The position numbers and the translations under genes were made by a program. The notes beneath the pieces were generated by a model. It was not told the origin of the DNA, ran no database searches, and was given only the letters and a program-made list of their open reading frames with translations. Below are positions 52,457 to 64,000 of a stretch of 64,000 nt of DNA, piece after piece (the first letter of the stretch is position 1; each line of letters begins with the position of its first letter). Source of the DNA: Aeromicrobium sp. Its GTDB lineage: Bacteria > Actinomycetota > Actinomycetes > Propionibacteriales > Nocardioidaceae. The DNA lies in NCBI GenBank assembly GCA_025965175.1, contig JAOPXL010000229.1, forward strand, positions 10-64,009, written 5' to 3'.

Positions 52457-53164
52457 TTAGGAGCGGGCCGGGTCGGGCGTCTCGTGGCCCGCCCCGCCGC
52501 CGATCACGGCATCGTCGTCGGCGGACTTGGTGGCGAGCCAGGACAGGTCGCCAGCGTCGGTGTTGGTCGCGACGACGTCGGGACGCGACGAGCCATAACG
52601 GATGATCGAGATCGAGGCCGGGTTGACGTGGATGCGCTGGAACAGGTCGAGGTGCATCCCGAGGGCGTCGGCGAGGATCGACTTGATGATGTCGCCGTGG
52701 CTCACGGCGGCCCACACGGCGCCGGGGCCGTGCTCGGCCTCGAACTCCGCGTCGCGACGGCGCACCGCCGCGACCGCGCGGGCCTGCATCGTGGGCATCG
52801 ACTCACCCCCGGGGAACACCGCGGCGGACGGCTGCCGCTGCACGACGGACCACAGCTCCTCCTTGGCCAGCTCGGAGATCGTCCGCCCCTGCCAGTCGCC
52901 GTAGTCGCACTCCGTGATGCCCTTGTCGATCAGCCGGACGGGTGAGCCGGGCTGCCGGTCGAGGATCGTCCGGGCCGTCTGGCGGCACCGCTCCAGCGGG
53001 CTGGAGACGACGCCGACCAGCGGCACCGGACCGAGTCGTTCCGCGGTCCGGACCGCCTGGCCGCGCCCGACCTCGTCGAGGCTGACGCCGGCGGTCCGGC
53101 CGGCGAGGATACCGCCGGCGTTCGCGGTGGTCCGGCCGTGCCGCACCAGGATGAGGGTCGCCAT
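52457..53164 (-). CDS. Histidine phosphatase (MSMEG_4193-type phosphomutase)
   Basis: LVRHGRTTAN, SSPLERC, ECDYGDW, VSHGDIIK, HLDLFQRI. Confidence 0.9.
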   Translation of the reverse strand: MATLILVRHGRTTANAGGILAGRTAGVSLDEVGRGQAVRTAERLGPVPLVGVVSSPLERCRQTARTILDRQPGSPVRLIDKGITECDYGDWQGRTISELAKEELWSVVQRQPSAAVFPGGESMPTMQARAVAAVRRRDAEFEAEHGPGAVWAAVSHGDIIKSILADALGMHLDLFQRIHVNPASISIIRYGSSRPDVVATNTDAGDLSWLATKSADDDAVIGGGAGHETPDPARS

Positions 53165-53174
53165 GGGCCGAAGC

Positions 53175-54257
53175 CTAGGCCGTCGTCCCGTGGAGCGTCG
53201 GATAGTCGGTGTAGCCCTCGGCGCCACCGCCGTAGAACGTGGCACCGTCGGGCTCGTTGAGCGCAGCGCCCGTGCTCCACCGGACCGCGAGGTCCGGGTT
53301 CGCGAGGTAGGGCCGGCCCACCGCGACGAGATCGGCCAGGCCGCCGTCGACGAGCTCCTCGACCTCCGCCAGGTCCGTCACGGTGGAGAAGCCCGTGTTG
53401 GCGATGAAGATGCCGCCGAAGCGGGCCCGCAGGTCCTTGACGAGCTCGGTCCGCGGGTCGGCCAGGACGCTGAGGTACGCCAGCCCGAGCGGCGCAAGGT
53501 GGTCGACCAGGTGGCCGTACGTCGCGGCGACGTCGGCCGGGTCCTTCTCGTCGGCGCCCTGGATGTTGTGCGCGGGCGAGATGCGGATCCCGACCCGGTC
53601 GGCGCCGATCGCGTCGGCGACGGCGGCCGTGACCTCGAGGGTCAGGCGCGCACGGTTCTCGGGGGACCCGCCGTACTGGTCCGTCCGCTCGTTCGACGAT
53701 GGGGCGAGGAACTGGTGCAGGAGGTAGCCGTTGGCGGAGTGGATCTCGACGCCGTCCAGCCCGGCCTCGATGGCACAGCGGGCGGCGTGCACGAAGTCCT
53801 CGACGATGCCGGGGATCTCGTCGGTCTCCAAGGCGCGCGGGACGACGTGGTCGACCTTGCCCTGCGCGGTGACCATGGCACCGGGAGCCTGGATCGCGCT
53901 AGGCGCGACGGTCTCGAGGCCGCGCTTGTTGTCGGGGTGGGCGATACGGCCCACGTGCATCAGCTGGACCACGATGCGACCGCCCTCGGCGTGCACCGCG
54001 TCCGCGACCTTGCGCCAACCCTCGACCTGCTCGGGCGAGTGGATGCCGGGGGTGTCGAGATAGCCCTGCCCGACGGCGCTGGGCTGGGTGCCCTCGGTGA
54101 TGATGAGGCCGGCGCCGGCGCGCTGGGCGTAGTAGGTCACTGCGAGATCGCGGGGCACCTGCTGCTCACCGGCACGGTTGCGGGTGAGGGGGGCCATGAC
54201 GAACCGCTGCGGAAGATCCCAGGTGCCGACCTTGATCGGTGTGAAGACGTCAGACAT
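53175..54257 (-). CDS. Alkene reductase (old yellow enzyme family)
   Basis: MAPLTRNRA, QLMHVGR, EIHSANGYL, RTDQYGGS, GYTDYP. Confidence 0.93.
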   Translation of the reverse strand: MSDVFTPIKVGTWDLPQRFVMAPLTRNRAGEQQVPRDLAVTYYAQRAGAGLIITEGTQPSAVGQGYLDTPGIHSPEQVEGWRKVADAVHAEGGRIVVQLMHVGRIAHPDNKRGLETVAPSAIQAPGAMVTAQGKVDHVVPRALETDEIPGIVEDFVHAARCAIEAGLDGVEIHSANGYLLHQFLAPSSNERTDQYGGSPENRARLTLEVTAAVADAIGADRVGIRISPAHNIQGADEKDPADVAATYGHLVDHLAPLGLAYLSVLADPRTELVKDLRARFGGIFIANTGFSTVTDLAEVEELVDGGLADLVAVGRPYLANPDLAVRWSTGAALNEPDGATFYGGGAEGYTDYPTLHGTTA

Positions 54258-54409
54258 CGCATGCTCCTTGACATTGAGGAGGCGCCGCCGTCGGACGTGC
54301 GCCTGTCAGGTTCAACGACGTGCGGACGGGCCCATTCCGCGTACCCGGTGTGAGGAAGTCGACAGGGTTTCGGCGTCCGGACCGCGCGCAGTCTGTGTGG
54401 CCGGCGCGA

Positions 54410-55885
54410 TCAGACCGTTCCGGCAATGAGGAAGCTGTCACCGGCGGGCTCGAGTCGCAGGGTCACGTTCTCGGTGAAACGGTCGCCCTTGTAGTCGTAG
54501 GAGTACGTGTAGGAAACCCGCATCTGCTCCGGATCGCCCTGCACCGACTGCACGACGGGGTCCTTGACCTTGCCCCAGAAGTTCTTGTAGCCCTTGAGCC
54601 CGCCGCTCTCGGCCTGGTAGCCGGGCGTCAGGAGGGCGTAGCCGTCCTCAGGGTCATTGCTCGCCGTGGTGAGGTAGCTGGTCGCGAATCCCTCGAGCTG
54701 CGCGGCCGTCGGCGCAGCCGGGGCATCAGACGTGGCAGTGGGGGTGCGCGTCGGCTCGGGCGTCCGGGACGGCGACGGGGTCTGGGTCGTGCGATCCGCC
54801 GCCGCGGGCGTCCGGGGCTCGGGGTCCTCCCCGCGGGTCAGCGCGATCAGCAGGACGATCGCCATGACCGTCGCGATGATGCCGCCCGCGACCCAGAGGC
54901 GACGGTTGCCGCCGCCGCCGCCGTCGCGCTGCTGCTGCGGAGCGGGCAGGTCGGCAGGGGGCAGGTCCGCAGGGGGCAGGTCGGCAAGGGCCGGGGTCGG
55001 GGAAGGCGCCGCGAGCGTCGGCGGCTCACCCTGCTCGAGCGGCGCGAACGCGACGGTCCCCCCGCCGGCGGTGGCCCCGGCAGCGGAGGCCACGGGCACG
55101 GGGACGGCGTCGCTCACGGCTCGCTCGATGTCGACCATCGTTGGCCGCGCCTCGGGATCGAGCTGCATCATCGCCTCGACGAGCGGGGCCAGGGCGCCGC
55201 CTCCGGCCAGGCGCGGGGGCTCCTCGTTGACGATCCGGTACATCCCGCCGAGCACGTTGTCGCCGATGTCGTACGGCGCGTGACCGGCCAGGGCGTGGAA
55301 CATCGTGGTGCCGAGCGACCAGACGTCGCTGGCGGCGGTCGCGCTGCGGCCCATCGCGACCTCGGGGGAGATGTACGCGGGGGAGCCCGTGACCAGACCC
55401 GTCTGGGTCAGGGCGGCGTCGGCCTGCGCCCGGGCGATCCCGAAGTCGGAGAGCTTCGCGGTCCCGTCGGAGGTCAGCAGGATGTTGGACGGCTTGACGT
55501 CGCGGTGCACGATCCCGTGCTCGTGGGCCGCCGCGAGCGCGCCCGCGATCTGTCGGAGCACGGGAGCGAGCTCCTCGGACTCGATGGCACCGCGCTCCGC
55601 GACGAGTGCGGCGAGGGTCGGGCCGTCGACGTGCTCCATCACGAGCCACTGGTGGCCGCCGTCGTCGACGAGGTCGAAGACCGCGACAACGTTCTGGTGG
55701 TTGACCCGGGCCGCCAGGTGGGCCTCCCGCTGGGCCCGGTCGAGGTCCGGGGCCACGGCGCCGCGGGTCATGCCGATCTGTTTGATCGCGACGGTGCGAC
55801 CGAGGACCGTGTCACGGCCGAGCCACACCGCGCCCATGCCGCCGCGACCGATCTCGTGGCCGAGCTCATACCTGTCCGCGAGCAT
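54410..55885 (-). CDS. Membrane-anchored Hanks-type Ser/Thr kinase
   Basis: GRGGMG, VAIK, HRDVKPSN, DFGIA, YISPE, DVWSLG; TM helix and extracellular tail. Confidence 0.93.
   Translation of the reverse strand: MLADRYELGHEIGRGGMGAVWLGRDTVLGRTVAIKQIGMTRGAVAPDLDRAQREAHLAARVNHQNVVAVFDLVDDGGHQWLVMEHVDGPTLAALVAERGAIESEELAPVLRQIAGALAAAHEHGIVHRDVKPSNILLTSDGTAKLSDFGIARAQADAALTQTGLVTGSPAYISPEVAMGRSATAASDVWSLGTTMFHALAGHAPYDIGDNVLGGMYRIVNEEPPRLAGGGALAPLVEAMMQLDPEARPTMVDIERAVSDAVPVPVASAAGATAGGGTVAFAPLEQGEPPTLAAPSPTPALADLPPADLPPADLPAPQQQRDGGGGGNRRLWVAGGIIATVMAIVLLIALTRGEDPEPRTPAAADRTTQTPSPSRTPEPTRTPTATSDAPAAPTAAQLEGFATSYLTTASNDPEDGYALLTPGYQAESGGLKGYKNFWGKVKDPVVQSVQGDPEQMRVSYTYSYDYKGDRFTENVTLRLEPAGDSFLIAGTV
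54944..54988. repeat. 3 x 15-bp coding tandem repeat (PADLP) in the kinase linker
   Basis: GGGCAGGTCGGCAGG / GGGCAGGTCCGCAGG / GGGCAGGTCGGCAAG. Confidence 0.8.
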
Positions 55886-55953
55886 CGCAGCACCTTTCTC
55901 CCGTCCCCCAAACTAGGGGGTGCCCGGTCGTCGCGCCCGCCTCCCGCGTGTTG

Positions 55954-55970
55954 TCTTGACTCATTCAAGA
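55954..55970. promoter_or_regulatory. FurA-type operator
   Basis: Palindrome TCTTGACTCATTCAAGA upstream of furA, resembling the mycobacterial FurA box. Confidence 0.7.
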
Positions 55971-55990
55971 AAATGGGAGAGGCTTCAGAG

Positions 55991-58736
<2,746 letters not shown>

Positions 58737-58742
58737 TCCGTA

Positions 58743-58787
58743 CCGGAGGCCCCTGACCCGCAGACCCTGCGGGTCAGGGGCCTCCGG
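58743..58787. terminator. Perfect 21-bp-stem hairpin between convergent katG and the UvrA-like gene
   Basis: CCGGAGGCCCCTGACCCGCAG-ACC-CTGCGGGTCAGGGGCCTCCGG. Confidence 0.8.
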
Positions 58788-58808
58788 GTCTACGGCTCCG
58801 ACCGCGCG

Positions 58809-61253
58809 TCAACCCGCGTCGCGCTCGAGGGAGCGTCGCAGGTAGGGCGCGGTGATGCTCGCGGGGTCGTCGAGCAGGTCGGCCGGGGTCGCGGTCGCCA
58901 CGACGGTCCCACCCTGGTCCCCGCCGCCGGGGCCCAGCTCGATGACCCAGTCGGCTGCCGCGACGACCTGCATGTCGTGTTCGACCGTGACGACGGTGTC
59001 GCCGGTCTCGGTCAGGCGGCCCAGGACGTGCACGAGGTCGCGGACGTTGACGGGGTGCAGGCCGCCAGTGGGCTCGTCCAGCACGAAGACCGTGCTGCCG
59101 CGGCGGGGACGCTGCAGCTCGGTCGCGAGCTTGATCCTCTGGGCCTCGCCGCCCGACAGCTCGGTGGCCGGCTGGCCCAGGGTCAGGTAGCCCAGACCCA
59201 CGTCGAGCAGCGTCGTGAGCGAGCGGAGGATCCCCGGCACGTCCTCGAAGAACTCCGACGCCTCCTGCACCGTCATCGCGAGGACCTGACCGACGTCCTT
59301 GCCGCGGTGGTGCACCTCGAGGGTCTCGGGGTTGTAGCGCGAGCCGTGGCACGTGGGGCACGGGGAGTAGCTCGTCGGCAGGAACACGAGCTCGATGCTG
59401 ATGAATCCCTCACCCTGGCAGGTCGGGCAGCGTCCCTCCTCGACGTTGAACGAGAACCGGCCCGCGGCCCAGCCGCGTTCCTTCGCCTCGGGAGTCGCGG
59501 CGAAGATCCGCCGGACGGCGTCGAACAGCCCTGTGTACGTCGCGAGGTTGGAGCGTGGGGACCGGCCGATCGGGCGCTGGTCGATCGAGACGATGCGCTG
59601 CGGGTCGGCCGAGGTCTCGTTGTCGGCCTCGATGCGCTCGGTCATCGCCGCCAGCAGCGAGGACTTGCCGGAGCCGGAGACTCCCGTCACGACCGTCATG
59701 ACGCCCATCGGCAGGCGCACCCTGACGTCGCGGAGGTTGTGCAGCGTCAGGTGGTCGAGCTCGCGCCAACCGGTCGGCACCGCCGCGGCCAGGGGAGCGG
59801 GCGGGTGGGTCGGGAACATGAACTCGGCGGTCGACGAGCCCGAGACGTCCGCGAGGCCGGCGGGAGGTCCGCTGTGCACGACGTGCCCACCCAGGACCCC
59901 GGCGCTTGGGCCGACGTCGACGACCCAGTCCGCGTTGCGGGCGATCGCCAGGTCGTGCTCGACGACGAACAGCGAGTTGCCGTTCGCGACGAGCCCGCGC
60001 AGTGCGGCGTACAACGCCTCGGAGTCGGCGGGGTGCAGTCCGGCGGACGGCTCGTCCAGCACGTAGACGACGCCGAACAGCCCCGAGCGCAGCTGACCGG
60101 CGAGGCGTACGCGCTGCAGCTCGCCGGGCGACAGTGCTGTGCTAGACCGGTCCATCGACAGGTAGCCGAGGCCCAGAGAGATGATCGCCTCGACGCGGGC
60201 GCCGAAGTCCTTGACCAGCGAACGCGCGGCCGTCGACGCCGAGGCGCCGTGCCGGTCGGTGCCGCGGGCCTGCTCGTCGAGGCCCGAGTCGAGCAACGCG
60301 CACACCTCCGACAGGGGCATCGCGGCCATCTCCGCGATGTCGACGCCCGAGAACGTCACGGCGAGGGCCGCGGGCCGCAGACGCTTGCCGTGGCACGTCG
60401 GGCAGGGCCCCTCGGCCAGGAACGCCTCGAGCTTCTCGCGCTGCGTCGGCGACTGGGTCTTGGCGAGGTTGCGCATGAGGTACTTCTCCGCCGACGACCA
60501 ATGACCGTGATAGGCGCTGGCCTCGCCCTGCTTGTTGCCCTGCAGGAGCATCCGTGGCTCCTCGTCGGTGAACAGGAGCCAGTCGCGGTCGGCCTGGGGG
60601 AGCGTCTTCCACGGGGCATGGATGTCCATGCCGAGCTTCGTGACCATCCGCCGCACGTTGAGGCCGACCCACGCACGGTTGGCCCACACGCCGATCGCGC
60701 CCTCGTCGATCGAGAGGGTCGGATCGGGGACCATGAGGGCCTCGGTCGTACTGCGGGCGACGCCGCTGCCGTGGCACGTGGGGCAGGCGCCGATCGCGGT
60801 GTTGGGCGAGAACGCCGAGGCGGGCAGGTGCTCGGCGTCGGGGGGATAGGTGCCGGCCCGGCTGTAGAGCAGGCGCAGGACGTCCGACAGCGAGCTCAAC
60901 GTGCCGAGCGACGACCGGGAGCTCGCCGCGCCGCGGGCCTGCTGCAGGGCCACGGCGGGCGGCAGCCCCTCGATCGTGTCGATGTCGGGCGCCCCGACCT
61001 GCGACATCAGCCGGCGGGCGTACGGCGCGACCGACTCGAAGTAGCGGCGCTGGGACTCGGCGTAGACCGTGCCGAAGGCCAGCGAGGACTTGCCTGACCC
61101 GGAGACGCCGGTGAACACCACGAAGCAGTCACGCGGCAGGTCGACGTCGACCTCGCGCAGGTTGTGCTCGCGGGCACCGCGCACCTGGACCCAGCCGCTC
61201 GAGCCGTCCGGAAGGGGGGTGCCGTTCAGGTCGGGTCCACGGCGATCAGGCAT
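58809..61253 (-). CDS. Class II UvrA-like ATPase (UvrA2/DrrC type)
   Basis: GAREHNL, GVSGSGKSS twice, CPTC zinc sites, LSGGEAQRIKLA; 814 aa, shorter than canonical UvrA. Confidence 0.88.
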   Translation of the reverse strand: MPDRRGPDLNGTPLPDGSSGWVQVRGAREHNLREVDVDLPRDCFVVFTGVSGSGKSSLAFGTVYAESQRRYFESVAPYARRLMSQVGAPDIDTIEGLPPAVALQQARGAASSRSSLGTLSSLSDVLRLLYSRAGTYPPDAEHLPASAFSPNTAIGACPTCHGSGVARSTTEALMVPDPTLSIDEGAIGVWANRAWVGLNVRRMVTKLGMDIHAPWKTLPQADRDWLLFTDEEPRMLLQGNKQGEASAYHGHWSSAEKYLMRNLAKTQSPTQREKLEAFLAEGPCPTCHGKRLRPAALAVTFSGVDIAEMAAMPLSEVCALLDSGLDEQARGTDRHGASASTAARSLVKDFGARVEAIISLGLGYLSMDRSSTALSPGELQRVRLAGQLRSGLFGVVYVLDEPSAGLHPADSEALYAALRGLVANGNSLFVVEHDLAIARNADWVVDVGPSAGVLGGHVVHSGPPAGLADVSGSSTAEFMFPTHPPAPLAAAVPTGWRELDHLTLHNLRDVRVRLPMGVMTVVTGVSGSGKSSLLAAMTERIEADNETSADPQRIVSIDQRPIGRSPRSNLATYTGLFDAVRRIFAATPEAKERGWAAGRFSFNVEEGRCPTCQGEGFISIELVFLPTSYSPCPTCHGSRYNPETLEVHHRGKDVGQVLAMTVQEASEFFEDVPGILRSLTTLLDVGLGYLTLGQPATELSGGEAQRIKLATELQRPRRGSTVFVLDEPTGGLHPVNVRDLVHVLGRLTETGDTVVTVEHDMQVVAAADWVIELGPGGGDQGGTVVATATPADLLDDPASITAPYLRRSLERDAG

Positions 61254-61332
61254 GCGTCAACGGTAGGCGGTCCGGACGGGTCCCGCCGAAGTCGTCCCGG
61301 CGGTCCTCGGTCGGATGGGCGACGATGGGGGC

Positions 61333-61851
61333 ATGGAATCCTCCTGCGACCTCCTGACCGAGCTGCTCGACCAGGAGCGGCGGCTGGTCTTCGACACGTT
61401 CGACGACGCCGTTGCCTGGGACGTCGGTGTCGCACTCCGCGAGGCCGGCGTCGCCGCGGGGCTGCCGATCGCGATCTCGGTGCGGCGCAACGGCCAGCGC
61501 CTGTTCCACGCCGCGCTGCCGGGGGCGTCCGCCGACAACGACGCCTGGCTCGACCGCAAGTGCGCCGTCGTCGACCGCTACGGCCACTCGTCGCTGTACG
61601 TCGGCGAGCAGTTCAGATCCCGTGGCGGCGACTTCGACACCGACGCGCGCCTCGACACGTCGTCGTTCGCGGCGCATGGTGGGGCGTTCCCGGTCGTGCT
61701 CCGGGGGACCGGCTGCATCGGGACCGTCGCGGTGTCAGGACTGCCGCAGCGCGAGGACCACCGGCTCGTCGTCGAGACGCTCACCGCCTACCTCGACGCG
61801 ACACCGGCCTCACGTTCGGCGCCGGGCTCATCGCCTTCATCGGCATCCTGA
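61333..61851 (+). CDS. Heme-binding GlcG/HbpS-like (UPF0303) protein
   Basis: ADNDAWLDRK, HSSLY, AHGGAFP, VSGLPQREDH. Confidence 0.85.
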   Translation: MESSCDLLTELLDQERRLVFDTFDDAVAWDVGVALREAGVAAGLPIAISVRRNGQRLFHAALPGASADNDAWLDRKCAVVDRYGHSSLYVGEQFRSRGGDFDTDARLDTSSFAAHGGAFPVVLRGTGCIGTVAVSGLPQREDHRLVVETLTAYLDATPASRSAPGSSPSSAS

Positions 61852-61983
61852 CGATCGTTCCGGAGTCCCCGGCGCCGGCCGAGATCGCCGCGGCCGCCCT
61901 GGTGCTGCTGATCCCGCACCGCCCCACCGCCGCCTGAGCGGCCCAGCGGGGTGGGGCGGCAGCGGGTCCGCGACACTGGAGGA

Positions 61984-63666
61984 ATGACGATGCGACCCGT
62001 TTGGGCTGACGTGTACGCGCCCGGGGTGCCCCTGAACCTCGAGTACGGGCAGACCACGGTGCTTGATCTGTGGGAGCGCTCGGCGAAGGCGTACCCCGAC
62101 CGTCCGGCGCTGGACTTCCTGGGCCGCACCTCGACCTACGCCGACGTCGCTGACGCGGTGCGTCGGGTGGCCGGGGGCCTCCACGGCCTGGGCGTACGTG
62201 CGGGGGACAGCGTCGCACTGGTCATGCCCAACTGCCCGCAGAACGTCATCGCGTTCCTGGCGGTGCTGCGTCTGGGCGCCACGGTGGTCGAGCACAACCC
62301 GCTCTACACCGCCGCCGAGCTGCGCCACCCGTTCGCCGACCATGGTGCCCGGGTCGCGATCGTGTGGGACAAGATCGTGCCGGTCATCGAGGAGCTGCGG
62401 GCAGGCTCCGCGCTCGAGCACGTCGTCGCGGTCGACATGACCGCCGAGCTGCCGTGGTCGAAGCGAATGGCGCTGCGGCTGCCGATCGCCAAGGCGCGCG
62501 CCGCCCGGGGCCAGCTGACCGTGCCGGCACCGGACGCGATGCCGTGGACCGCCCTGACCTCGGCGGCCCCGCTGGACGACGCGCACCCGCGGCCTGATTG
62601 CGAGGACGTCGCCCTGCTGCTCTACACCTCGGGGACGACGGGGGTGCCCAAGGGCGTGCCGCTGCGCCACCGCAACCTGGTCGCCGACGTCCTGCAGGGG
62701 CGGGCCTGGGTCCCCGGCCTGGAGGAGGGCAAGGAGTCGTTTCTCGTGGCGCTGCCGCTGTTCCACGCCTACGGGGTGACCGTCAGCGTGCTGCTGGGCG
62801 TGACGATCGCCGCCCGGCTGGTGCTGCTCCCCAAGCCCGAGATCAGCCTGATCATGGAGGCCATCGGGCGCGAGGTGCCGACCTTCGTGCCGGCCGTTCC
62901 GCCGATCTACCAGCGCATCGTCGACGAGGCCGAGCGTCGCGGGGTCTCAATCAGGGGCGTCCGCTTCGCCCTGTCCGGGGCGATGCCGCTCCCGGCCGAG
63001 CTCGTGGAGCGGTGGGAGACCGCGACAGGTGGCCTGCTGGTCGAGGGCTACGGCCTGACCGAGACCTCGCCGGTCATCGTCGGCAACCCCATGACCGCGG
63101 AGCGCCGGCCGGGCTCGATCGGGGTCCCGTTCCCCGACGTCGAGATCCGCATCGCCGATTCCGAGGACCTCGACCGGGACGTGCCCCAGGGCGAGGCCGG
63201 CGAGCTGCTGGTCCGGGGCCCGCAGGTGTTCTCGGGCTACCGGGACGCACCGGAGGAGACGGCCGCGGCGTTCCACAACGGCTGGTTCCGCACCGGGGAC
63301 GTCGTGACGATGGCGCCCGACGGCTTCTTGACGATCGTGGACCGGATCAAGGAGATCATCATCACCGGCGGGTTCAACGTCTATCCGTCCGAGGTCGAGG
63401 CGGTCGTGCGTACGTACGAGGGTGTCCTCGACGTCGCGGTCGTGGGCCTGCCGCACGTGCAGGGGAGCGAGGAGGTCGTGGCCGCCGTCGTGCTGGAGGA
63501 CGGGGCGACCGTGCGGCCCGAGGACCTGCAGGCGCACGCCCGCCGGCAGCTGACCCCCTACAAGGTGCCCCGCCGCTTCGTCGTCGTCGAGGAGCTGCCG
63601 ACCAACCCCGTGGGCAAGGTCCTGCGCCGGGAGGTCGCGGCCCAGCTCAGGATCGCGACCCCGTGA
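61984..63666 (+). CDS. Long-chain fatty acid-CoA ligase
   Basis: YTSGTTGVPKG, LPLFHAYG, EGYGLTETSP, WFRTGD, GKVLRR. Confidence 0.92.
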   Translation: MTMRPVWADVYAPGVPLNLEYGQTTVLDLWERSAKAYPDRPALDFLGRTSTYADVADAVRRVAGGLHGLGVRAGDSVALVMPNCPQNVIAFLAVLRLGATVVEHNPLYTAAELRHPFADHGARVAIVWDKIVPVIEELRAGSALEHVVAVDMTAELPWSKRMALRLPIAKARAARGQLTVPAPDAMPWTALTSAAPLDDAHPRPDCEDVALLLYTSGTTGVPKGVPLRHRNLVADVLQGRAWVPGLEEGKESFLVALPLFHAYGVTVSVLLGVTIAARLVLLPKPEISLIMEAIGREVPTFVPAVPPIYQRIVDEAERRGVSIRGVRFALSGAMPLPAELVERWETATGGLLVEGYGLTETSPVIVGNPMTAERRPGSIGVPFPDVEIRIADSEDLDRDVPQGEAGELLVRGPQVFSGYRDAPEETAAAFHNGWFRTGDVVTMAPDGFLTIVDRIKEIIITGGFNVYPSEVEAVVRTYEGVLDVAVVGLPHVQGSEEVVAAVVLEDGATVRPEDLQAHARRQLTPYKVPRRFVVVEELPTNPVGKVLRREVAAQLRIATP

Positions 63667-63669
63667 CCA

Positions 63670-64000
63670 TCAGCGGAAGGGGACCGGGGTGCTGTCGAGC
63701 TCTTTGGTCAGCTTGTCGCCCTCGACGTCCAGGTCGGGGATCAGCCGGCTGAGCCAGCCCGGGATCCACCAGGCGGGCTGGCCGATGATCGACATGAACG
63801 CCGGGACGAGCGTCATGCGGACCAGGAACGCGTCGGCCAGGACGCCGAACGCCAGGCCGAAGCCGATCGACTTCGTGATCGGCTCGGGCGACAGGATGAA
63901 GCTGCTGAAGACGCTGACCATGATCAGCGCCGCAGCCGTGACGACGCGGGCGCCGTGCTCGAAGCCGACGTTGACCGCCTCGCGTGACTCAGTCCCGTGG
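63670..64000 (-). CDS. MMPL (RND) family transporter, 3' end only
   Basis: GARVVTAAALIMVSVF, GFGLAFGVLADAFLVRMTLVPA, WWIP...PDLDVEG. Confidence 0.9.
   Translation of the reverse strand, partial: HGTESREAVNVGFEHGARVVTAAALIMVSVFSSFILSPEPITKSIGFGLAFGVLADAFLVRMTLVPAFMSIIGQPAWWIPGWLSRLIPDLDVEGDKLTKELDSTPVPFR

Noticed and set aside
54320-55990. 705-aa ORF suggesting a long Fur fusion
   Set aside because: The upstream part is antisense to the kinase gene; furA starts at GTG 55991 after its operator.

Overview
High-GC actinobacterial chromosome segment, probably Nocardioidaceae-like (inferred from gene content). No rRNA, tRNA, CRISPR array or intact mobile element was seen. From left to right: (1) the 3' part of thiC; (2) a TetR-regulated quinate/shikimate-to-protocatechuate cluster that unusually includes a sugar-type ABC importer and a cyclase-family hydrolase (1.9-10.4 kb); (3) a decayed copy of pcaR; (4) a MEDS-LuxR regulator followed by a tightly coupled accessory chaperone/redox operon, dnaK-grpE-cbpA-like dnaJ-cbpM-clpB-trxC-UBP zinc finger-cNMP/TrxB-like flavoprotein, whose DnaK carries the diderm-type insert (10.6-20.3 kb); (5) a tyrosine-integrase remnant and a nitrilase/TetR pair; (6) general-stress genes (PLD, CsbD-like pair, hemolysin III, GPGG protein); (7) DosR/OsdR-regulon-like genes on both sides of a complete pca beta-ketoadipate cluster (35.3-43.3 kb); (8) a decay zone with ackA, ABC ATPase and MmyB-like remnants, bracketed by two copies of a ~45-bp repeat; (9) a ZIP transporter, the phosphomutase-DUF3090-SCO1664 trio without mshC, an old yellow enzyme, a Ser/Thr kinase, furA-katG, a class II UvrA, a heme-binding protein, an acyl-CoA ligase and the 3' end of an MMPL gene. 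The best candidates for an undescribed system are the MEDS-LuxR chaperone/thioredoxin/UBP-ZnF operon and the ABC+cyclase variant of quinate catabolism. Family calls come from recognised motifs and recalled homology, not from database searches.
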